From Klebsormidium nitens (lineage: Eukaryota > Plantae > Klebsormidiophyceae), in assembly GCA_000708835.1 (NCBI GenBank), contig DF236959.1, forward strand, positions 1-39,355: DNA of 39,355 nt. The letters run 5' to 3'. A program made the position numbers and the translations under genes. Positions 30,201 through 39,355 of this stretch are shown piece after piece (position 1 is the stretch's first letter; the number at the start of each line of letters is the position of its first letter). Below the pieces are notes generated by a model that ran no database searches, had not been told where the DNA came from, and worked only from the letters and a program-made list of their open reading frames with translations.

Positions 30201-33200
30201 CCGAAATACGATAGGCTTATTTCTTTTAGAATAAGGTTGGTTACACTTTGAACTTAATAGATTAATGCTATAGACAAGAGTTTGTTGCGCTGAGTCCACC
30301 CCCCAAGACCCCTTGCAGGCGCGAGAGAGGCCGCACGACTGACCTTGAAACAAAATAGCTCCGTTTGCTTACATCAAAGCTTCTGCTGTGTCCAGCCGCA
30401 GATAACAGCGCGACCAACGCTTAACGCCACGGTCCTCAAATTGCGAACTTGTGATACTTTGGACCAACATTTGTTTCCAATCAACAGGCGCGGCTATTCC
30501 GTGGAGCGCGAGAGCGGGCGCATGACTGGCCCCAAGACGGACTACCTCCAGTCGGTGTTCCTGCAGAGCCTCTTCCAGGGCGCGGTGCGCCCGCTGTACG
30601 AAGTCGGCACCAAGATCCGGAAGACGTACCAGGCGGTGTCGAACGATAAGAACATTCGGCCGGTGCTACGCAAGGTCGAGCGGTGGCTGGGAGAGCCGCT
30701 GCCGGTGGAAGGAGAGGGCGAAGGAGAGGGCGAGATTGCGGGGTGAGAAGTTCTGAAATTTATGTTCTTTTGAGCATTATGGGTTCTGGACTGAGAGCTA
30801 AACAAGTCTTTCGGGGGTTGATGACATCACATGGTCGAGCGGTGGCTGGGAGAGTCGTTGCCACTGGAGGGAGAGGACGAAGGAGAGGGCGAGGTTGCCG
30901 GGTTGGCAGTTTTGACGCTTTCTGGGGTTGAGCTTTTGGGGTTCCGAACGCTGCGGGGGCATAACTTTGAGTTTTGAGCTGTTTATGTTTTGAAATTACG
31001 AGATTCTTGTCCAATTGGGAGCTACTCCTGGTGTGAAGAGACTGGGACGCAAGGGGGTGGGATCGAGGCGAGACGGGAGTGGGGTTGGTTTGAGGTTTCT
31101 GAAGGCCGTCAGAGACATGTTTTGCGGTCTGGAAAAGGTTAGCTGCAATTTGCTAGCGCCCTCAATTTCGCGTTGGCTCGCAATTGCCGCATCGAGCCTT
31201 TCGAACGCCTGTTTCGAGGCTTGAGAGGCTTTTCTTTTCTTCCGCTCCCTGCTTGCCCAGTTCGTGTCTTGTTATTGATGGAATGAAACAGCGAGTGTGA
31301 TTCTGGAATCACGATTGCAATTCCTTATCTTCCATTGGACCGGTCGCTGTCACCATTTCCCGGGACTCCAAGGTTGGCGCTCGAGCCAGCGATCCCTCAC
31401 TCACAATGAACCCACGCGTGCCATTTCCAACCTGACATGGGGCACCCGTTTCCCCAGCGCCGCCGTCACCAAGGCTCGCAACGGCCAGGTCACCGTCCCC
31501 CGTTACGAGGCCTTCCTCTCGTCGGCTGGCTCCCAAATCTGCAAAGTCGGTACATTTGCCATGCTTTACTCACAACTCTACCAATCGTAAATTGACGCGT
31601 GGCTTCTGGTTGCGCAGCCCCGCCGTTACCGAGGCCCGGAACGGCCCTGTCACGGTCCCCCGTTACGAGGCCTTCCTTTCATCGGCTGGCTCCCGGGGTT
31701 TGCTCATCAAGAAGTTGCTCATCAGCCTGGGCCTTGTTCCGGAGGAGAGGGACAAGCTGGCGGACTTAGCGGAGGAGATTGCGAGGCGAGAAGCGGAGCT
31801 CAGGTACAGAATGTTATCAGCCTTTGCTTTTCCCTTTTCGGGAGCTCTCATTCAGTCTTGCGATGGAGCAGTCCCTTTCATCTTTTCTGAAAATGATGTC
31901 TCCTACTCGGAAACTGTACGTATCTCGACAGAAATCGTCGATTTGTTTGGAACAGAGGGGCTCCGCCGGGTCTCTCTTAGGAAAGAGATAGTGACGCCAA
32001 AGATTGGCACTCCATGACGCAAGTTAATATGTCCTCCGACTGCTTCACACGCTGGATCATAAATCTGAATTTTTAGGAACTCTTTGTCACGTTAACAGGC
32101 ATCTCATTGCGAAGTGCATCAAGGCTTTACATCCCGTCGCTAACCTTCACCCCCTGCCAAGCTGACCTACTCTTCACTCCATTCTCCAGCCCCCGTTACG
32201 TCAGCCGCGTCTCGATGCAAGACGTCTTCCGCCCGTCCCTGGAGAATGTCTCTGGGGGCAGCCTCTGGGACCGGGTTAAGGCGTCCGCCGGGGTTATGTT
32301 CGCCCAAACCACCCTTCTCGAGCCCGCTTACCGGGAGATGGTTATCTTGTACACGCCAAAACCCTCGGACAGCAAACCCACTCTCTGGCAACGCTGGGTC
32401 CGGCGTCCGAAAAACGCGCTGCAGCGGCGGTTTAGGAGGGAGGTCGCCGAGGGGGGGTCGGATGACGGGCAGGATGAAGGGGGGGAAGTGGGGGACGAGG
32501 GGAAGTTGCAGCTGAACATGTATAAGGACATTCCGATCCCGGAGCTGAAGGTGGTGTTCCCGGACAAGAAGCTGTCGTACCGGCTGCTAGACACGGTGAG
32601 GATTAAGACTCTGGGTTACTGGGCTGTCGTGGTCTGACGTTACGAGGTTCACAGCGCGTTTTTAAGGCCGACGAGGAAGTGAGCAATGAAGGAAGCATCC
32701 CTTGAACCAAAGCGGGACGAATTTGAAGACAGGACTTGGAGTGTGACATTGTCGGACGAGAAGCCGTCTCGCCTCAACACGGGGAATGGCACTGTTCAGC
32801 AAAGCTTCACGATCGGGTTCGACAGTTGATCAGAGTATAAAAGACCAATTGAATTTTGAGGCTGATATTCTTCAGGTTGGAAAATATGAAGCATTGGCAC
32901 CTCACGCTGGACAGAGGGAATAAGGGGATGGACGGCTCAAGGCAAACCCATTCTACGTCACTGTCTAACACCTCTTAGGGGCAATCTCCATACGCGGAGT
33001 TTTTAGCGCTAGCTAAGTACGGTAATTTCTCTGAGGATCGGTTATCCTGCCAAACGCAGTAACCAGCTCTGACCCTCGTTGATTTTGTCTTTAACCGCAG
33101 GTTCGGCTTGACTTAACCACCATCTTGGGTATACTCGCCTTCGGGCTGCAATACCGCTTCGACGACCTCAACTCCATGTAAGCAGTTTTGGCTTGCAGCG

Positions 33201-35757
33201 CCGCGTCTCCGCCTCTTTCTCTGGTGGCTACAATAGTAGTCAGCCGTTTGCCTCAAGCCTGCCAGTCTTCTCTTCTGTTCTCATTCCCCAGCAATTGATC
33301 ATGGATCATTTCTACAGTGACCCTCCTTGAGCATGCAATCTTTTCGTTTGTCCTTCTCTTTTGGTCACGACTTCCTTGCCACGCTCTCTCGTGCAAATAT
33401 TCCCGTCATTCTGTTTTTCTTGCAGCTCCAACTTCATCTTGGACGCGATTGCCTTCGCCTCCCTGTCCTACTTCCTGTTCCGGACGTCTCTCTCGTACGC
33501 TCGCACCTTTGACCGATACCGGGTATGCCGGAAGTTTTTATCGTTAAACTGAGGCTATCAAAATCTGCCGTCGTCAGTTGTTTAGAATCAGAGTAGCCCG
33601 TCCTTGAGTCACACATTCAAAGAAGCGCGCTCAACGTCCCGATGCCCGTGAGGACGCAAGTCAGCAAATTTGGTGTGATATCCACTTCAATGGCAACCGC
33701 GTAGCTGATTCTGACGGTTGTGCTCATTATCTAGTTGAGCTCATCGCTTGGGTTCAACGCACCCGCCATACTGAATATGCCGATTTTCTCCAGCTTTCGG
33801 TGGATAAGTCCCTGTAGGCATAGCGGCTGTTGGTGTGATCCACATGAGGTCCGTTTTCCACTTGCTTCGACGCTTGAAGTAGTGAATGCCTGACTGAAGT
33901 CGCACCGAACTTTCCCCCAGCTGCTCGTGAACAAGACCCTGTACGAGAAGACGCTGGCCAGCGGCTTCGGTGTGATCCACTTCATCGTGGACGCCAGCGA
34001 GGACCAGCAGTTCAAGGAGGCGGCGCTCGCATACGGCCTCCTATTGAAGGCCGACACGTGGCAGGTATGGATCTCTGGTCGTTTCGTCGTTCATGTTGGA
34101 TTGATGTTGCTCATAGAATCTGCCAATGCTAATTGGGTTTTGCCGCTTGCTGATCTCAATCACAGTGTCTTTTGCCTGGAGCTCTGGATGTATTCCACAA
34201 TGAGCACACCAGCTGTGTTTGATTGCGGCAAGCTTTACCAAGCGCTCAACCCTCCAGAAATCTAGCTAGCAGATCTCGGCCCGGTGTCAACGATTGGCCA
34301 ATCGAAATTGGACCAACCTAGCGTTTCTAACGGCAATTCACAACGAGAGTCTCGGAAGTATGGCCTACCGGATTAGATTCTCACTTTCCCACTTACAAGG
34401 CTTGACATTTCACGCTTTTTTGTAACAGACGCAGCAGGGACTGGCGCGGGACTGCGTGGCATTTTTGGAGCAGAGATGCGGCGCGCAGGTGAGAGAGTCC
34501 CCACATACACACCGGCACTTTGCTTCACCCGTCAACGTTGGTGACTGAGGTTCTGCTACAGTCTGGGCAGATTGGGTAACGTAGTAGGCTGATTCGACGG
34601 CTACTTGGAAGCAAACATGCGCCAGACAAGTCGCACATCATGGCCGAGTGCTCAGCAGAGGGGTTATTATAACACTTGACTGCCAGAGTCCGCTTGGTCA
34701 TTGCGGTGTCCACCATCCAAAGGCCCATCTGATTCTTTAGACCGATAAGTCGCGTTATTGATCAGAGTTCGGAGGATTTCGGCGCCGAAAATCTTTCAAA
34801 AGAAACTTTGCACGAGACAGCACTGGCTGTTACGGAATAGGGTGCTTTTTCACGTCATTCATTAGCTCATGGAGTACTTCGTAACGTCATCTGATTGTTT
34901 TTTCTGAGTAGCTTCCGCCTTCGATGCCGAGGTCAGGTCATTTGGCTCGTTCTCGCCTTTGGAAGAGTCAAGCTTTTTGGATGTCAGATCTGTGGAGTCT
35001 TCTACTTTGAAAAGCGGTAGTTTCTAATTTTTCAAACACGTGGTTGTAACTTGCACAGATTCTCATGCCCGTGGACCGGGCGCTCGAGACGTTAATCCGC
35101 TTGGGACTGGCGGAATCCACCACGAAAGGCGACCTGAAGCGGGCGGTCAGCAGCGGAAGGTCGCCGGAGACTGCGGACGACGGCCTGGGTGCAAGTCGAC
35201 AGACGCCGAACGGTTCGTCAATCTCGGAAGAAGCGGAAAGAGAGGCTGGGCGGGACGCCGAAACTTTGCAATTCGACCAAGGGCTTTCGTTTGGGGAAGA
35301 GAGGGAAGGGGAGAAAAGAAAAGCGGAAGTGGAGACTGAGAACCTGCAAATGAACGGAACGGGGTCGGAGAAGAACGGGGTGTCGACAGTTGCGGAAGCG
35401 GAACGAGGCTCGAAGAGCAGAACGGAAGAGCGAACCAGGACTCCGGGACAGGCCGCATCAGCGGAATCCGTGCAGGTTGATCGGAACGCACGGGCGGAAA
35501 GCTCGGACGGTCTAGCAAATGCGCGATCGAGGGGTTTGGAGGCGCAGGCGGATTCGGACGGGCGGACGGAAAGGACGGAAAGCTTGGACGGGCGGGCGGA
35601 ACGAACGGAAGAAGGGACGGCGGAACGGAGCGGAAAGGACGGGGAGCTTGTCTACCGGGCGATTCGGACAGGGGAAGCGATGCCCGGGTTAGAGCGGCGC
35701 TGGCTGGGGCTGCTGATGCGGCCGTCGGTGTGGGCACTCAATAAGGAGACGCACTGA
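27205..35757 (+). CDS. DUF3754-family protein (plant At2g46915-like, TMEM143-related), 10 exons, predicted 1333 aa, probable plastid transit peptide
   Basis: Exons: 27205-28656, 29180-29805, 30488-30742, 31618-31803, 32190-32595, 33101-33177, 33426-33522, 33921-34064, 34429-34488, 35059-35757. Phases are consistent and lengths sum to 4002 nt. Recognised family motifs: ERHIPVNKADLI, YLLTLPINVDW, LLEPAYREMVILY, YKDIPIPELKVVFPDKKL, LLVNKTLYEKTLASGFG, MPVDRALETLIRLGL. Start Met could be 27205 or 27220. Confidence 0.85.
30833..30910 (+). repeat. Duplicate of the last ~69 nt of DUF3754 exon 3 plus donor, offset 159 bp
   Basis: ggtcgagcggtggctgggagag... at 30674 and 30833, 8 mismatches and no indels. 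GT retained at 30902 (GTTGGC vs GTGAGA). Confidence 0.9.
31441..31535 (+). repeat. Duplicate of acceptor plus first ~77 nt of DUF3754 exon 4, offset 160 bp
   Basis: ccccag|cgccgccgtcacc...ggctggctccc (31458) vs gcgcag|ccccgccgttacc...ggctggctccc (31618): 10 mismatches in 77 nt, same frame, reaches a stop at 31590. Confidence 0.9.
33635..33850 (+). repeat. Two decayed copies of the 5' part of DUF3754 exon 8
   Basis: ttttctccag|ctttcggtggataagtccctgtagg...gcggctgttggtgtgatccac (33794) and ...tcagcaaatttggtgtgatatccacttca (about 33660-33690) match tttcccccag|ctgctcgtgaacaagaccctgtacg...gcggcttcggtgtgatccacttca (33921). Confidence 0.7.
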
Positions 35758-37819
35758 GCGGAACGGTAGCGGAAGCGGAAGCGGAAGCGGATCTGGGCTG
35801 GGTTGAAACGGGAATGGAAGTTTGCGAAGTGACGAGCAAGGGGTAATGCAGGATGCGTGAGTCTGGGGATTTTTTGGCCCGAGACCATGGCTGATGGATC
35901 GGTTTCTTCAGACTCTCTCAATGTGGGGTATTGTGGGCCGACCGCCAAATCTCGTTGGTGAACGTTATTCTGGTGAGAGGAGTACTCGAGTACTTGGCAG
36001 CTCTTGGGGAAGAGATCCGCCGGAAGTGTCCGGTTGTGAAGTGACTTTCTGCGTCTGAGCCGGATTGCATCGAAGTCAGGAAACGCACGCTATTGGGTTC
36101 TTGAAAGTAATAAAAGTCAACAATTGCATCTTGATTCTAGATAGATTTAGCATCATACCGCCCTAGGCTGACGCGCATAGACTAGCGACCGTTATTGAGA
36201 TAGGGATAAGGTTAAGGAACGGTGTTTCAACTTTTATAGCTCCCGGAATTTGTTTGGGCGCCCGTTAGTCAGCGCCAATTTGACACTGTTGTCTTAGCTT
36301 TTAGGTATAGATGCTTACTTTAAGAATCGGTTAGCAATTTATGACCGTTGGTTAGTTGTACCTCCAGACACTGGACATTTGTCCAACTAGGACAGCGGCA
36401 CCAGGCATGAGCATATGTAGTTAGTAGAGAAGATTTAAACGTCTTCGCTGCTTCCCTTACGAGTTGCGGTCTTTCCATCCCGCAAGCCAGCCTGAGCCAG
36501 GCTGTTCAATCCCATTCAGTCCGATGATCGCTTTAATGCAGGTTGCATTAAACCTTTAGTAAGTTCACATATAGCTAGCTAGATCAGAGTGTTGTTTGAT
36601 CAAGAAAACCAGTTGTATAATTGTATTCTGTCTCCAACGTGACCGTATCTCAGGGTGAGCACAATATTTTTCCACCGGCTTTCCGATCGGTCTTCTTGAC
36701 TAGGGCATCAGGTTGACGGATCAGGTGCATGTGCCACGTACCGCGTACGCCGGCGCCAAACGTACGACGGCACCTTATCATATACGCATGCACCTAAAGA
36801 AATGACGCTGATTCCCAATTACATTTAAGCGGATTGCATGTGCAATGATGCCTCCCGAGGCAGGCCATGGCATCGCCACCCGCGGAGGTGACCGTACGTC
36901 GCCGTCGCCCAATGATGCATGCCGTAGCTGCTTATACGTCCGGGCATTCATATATGATGGCAAAATGTAAGTTCCACGTTACTCGTGAGTATCACTAAGT
37001 GGTGAGGAACTCTGTGTCATATCATGAATGGTGGTTTGGGCGCCGGCAATGATTTAGAAGGTAGCCTGCATGGGGGAAGAGACAGCGACTGACATCATTG
37101 GCTGCGGTTATGCCAGGCTCTTAGTAGGCCAATGCTGAGTCGGACCGGACGGTCCAGAACCAAGACGTCCGACATTACCGTGGGCCGCGAAAGCGTTTCA
37201 GGCTCATTTGAGCACGTACAACCTGTGTACCATGCATGATTGCGCGCCGCTTGAACTTTCATCATTCGATCTGTTGTGGGAACACATGGCGTACTCATCA
37301 TGGCAAGTTGGACTAAGAGAGTCGAAAGCAAGTAACAGGCTCTGCCATATGTATGCAATTACCTATTGGTGTAAGAGGGTGCATGACCAAAGTTGCAGTC
37401 CAAGCTCCAGTCCAAAGTTTCTGATTAGAACTAGAAAGGCTGCCTGGATGGTCATTCTTCGTTCGAAGCTAGGAAAGTGCAAGCGTCAAACCAGAAGTTC
37501 CTCTTTACTAGCATTTCCAGCTTGCAGCCACTCTTTAGTGACCCAGACTGAATTGACGTGACCCCGTCCAATCTTTAGCTATAGTATCGTTCACAAGATT
37601 CGTTGAAAAACGAAGTACGAAACTTCTCTGCTCAACATTATCTTACAGGCCCTTTCTGCAAACCGACCATGTTGATGCAGGAGTCTGGCGGACCTTTGCC
37701 TGACGTACCTCCCAAACGGTCGCCCCTTTCGCACCTTCCGAACAGCCCAATCCGAATCAGTTACACAAGAAAGTTTCCCGACATGGTAATAACTGGCGGG
37801 CCGTTTATTTAGGAGGGCC

Positions 37820-39203
37820 TTACTGCCCACGTTTGCTGCGCCCCACTTGATTGAGAACTATGGTGGAGAGGGTGCCCAGGGCGAGGTAGAAGAGGGTGAC
37901 GTCAGCCCCGGTACGTACCAGGAAACTCATCCGGGCGGCCTCGACGATGAGGTGGTCCAAACCGAACTCCGCAATGTGCTCCACGAAATCTGCGGTTTCA
38001 GTTGAAGGTAAAAGTCAGTAGAATTGTATCAATAACAGAAAGGTCAGATACGCGCAGATAGGATTATGAGACAGAGATGCTGACTCGATAGCTGACTCGA
38101 GGTGAGCAAAAGAGATGCTAAAGCCCATCAGATCAAGTAACCTGTCATTCAAACTTTACGACAAAGCTCAGAAATCTCGACGCGAAGGCAGGCGTACGGA
38201 GTTGAAACGGCGGATGAAAAGGGAAGCTCACTAGAAGGATCAGGCACATAGAAAATCACGAGTCACAGAACAACGCGCAACAGGAGAGACGGTAAACTAC
38301 CCCAAGTAAGCACCTGCTGCGCGTTTCACGCCGCCGTACGACCGGAAGATCTTCCCGGCTCTCTGCGCCGCCTGCTGGAACGGATTCCGCTCTGTGGCGT
38401 TCCCCGGTCGAGTCAACCGGGCGACGGCGTCCGCCACGGCTTGTGGGTTAAGCGTAACCGGGTCGAGAACCAGCCCCGCGCCGCTGGCCGCGAGCCGCGC
38501 GCCCATGTCGAACTGATCGGCGAAGTACGGGAGGCAGAGAACCGGGGCGCCGTAGTAGAGAGCCTCCTGCGCGCACATTTTTGAAGGAATGTCAGTCTTT
38601 CAGTACTGGAAGTTGACCTGATTGTGATCCAGGGAACTGAAAGGACACACAGCGAAGTGGGCTGTACGCTGCTCTCCTGTAGAGGGGTTGAGATGAAGGA
38701 ACGTGGTAGAGCGCGCCAGAAAACGCGCTGGTAGAAACGAACGAATGGCAAACACGGCCAATCGGACTGACCTGAAGAAGGACGTTCGGAATACGTGGAA
38801 AAATTTGAAAGGAATTGTTCTTAAGTTTCGCTTGCGTCCGCTACTGATAGGGGATACATTCTTGGCACCAATCGGCACAACAATTGAAACATCACGTCCA
38901 GTGATATGATTCATGCAACAGTTCGCTGAAATCCCAACCCAATGGAGAAAAATGAAAAGATCTTCGAATGATCGAACCCTTCCTAGCAAGTTTGTAAGAA
39001 CCCGCCCTGGCGCACCTGAAAGCCATTCCCGCCGCAGTGCAGTACGGCGGCACCGATCGCCGCGTGCGCCAGCACCGCCTGCTGGGGGATCCACTTCTCC
39101 AGCCGGAACTTTCCGGGGGGCAGGTTCAGCCCCGCAAGCGCGTCTCGATTCGCCCCCCGGAGCGCCCACAAAACGTGCGACATGTTAGATTGTATCAATG
39201 CAT
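37820..39203 (-). CDS. UDP-glycosyltransferase (GT1 family), 3' part only; C-terminal hydrophobic segment
   Basis: Exons 39203-39016, 38566-38314 and 37989-37820. Spliced 44-aa UGT signature WIPQQAVLAHAAIGAAVLHCGGNGFQEALYYGAPVLCLPYFADQ. Terminal exon DFVEHIAEFGLDHL..GADVTLFYLALGTLSTIVLNQVGRSKRGQ*. The gene continues beyond the window end. Confidence 0.9.
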
Positions 39204-39355
39204 CTGGTAGACAATCACATGTTGCAAACAACACAATGGCACGAGCGTCTCTCAAAGGCGCCTTCTTCCTTCCTTCATGCTTTTCTGATTATGATATCGA
39301 TCATGTTCCTCCTGCTCAAGTCTATAGTCTCACTTCACTCTACAGACTGAGCCTT

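Noticed and set aside
35147-35948. Pro-rich minus-strand ORFs and (GCGGAA)n after the stop codon
   Set aside because: Antisense shadow of the purine-rich last DUF3754 exon; the hexamer run is only 3-4 units.
35760-37810. Possible ncRNA or transposon in the convergent intergenic region
   Set aside because: No tRNA boxes, TIR/LTR pairs, long stems or credible ORFs seen by eye; an Rfam or repeat-library search would be needed to exclude them.

Overview
Intron-rich eukaryotic nuclear DNA; gene content and splice signals fit a green plant or streptophyte alga, Klebsormidium-like (inference). I found no CRISPR array, rRNA or tRNA. Five genes were reconstructed by hand from splice sites and reading frames. 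(1, 2) Two tandem + strand paralogues about 9 kb apart (<196-4859, 5' end outside the window; 7493-13859). They encode an unrecognised, probably secreted protein built from 4-Cys 'C..CxY..CxYxxxG..CP' domains, one domain per symmetrical phase-1 exon, joined by Pro/Thr linker exons. (3) A 13-exon organellar EngA/Der double GTPase on the - strand (26696-15481). (4) A 10-exon DUF3754-family gene on the + strand (27205-35757), head-to-head with Der. (5) The 3' part of a family-1 UDP-glycosyltransferase on the - strand (>39203-37820) with a predicted C-terminal membrane anchor. The two most unusual signals are the modular Cys-domain family and the 'exon echoes'. The Cys family shows internal A-B-L duplication, an exon fusion by deletion and rapid protein divergence. 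The echoes are roughly 130-180 bp tandem duplications that copy an exon edge together with its splice site into the flanking intron: 8 copies upstream and 4 downstream of Der exon 3, and further copies at three DUF3754 exons. Der intron 1 also carries two adjacent perfect hairpins (30 bp and 13 bp stems). All gene models are manual predictions without transcript evidence.
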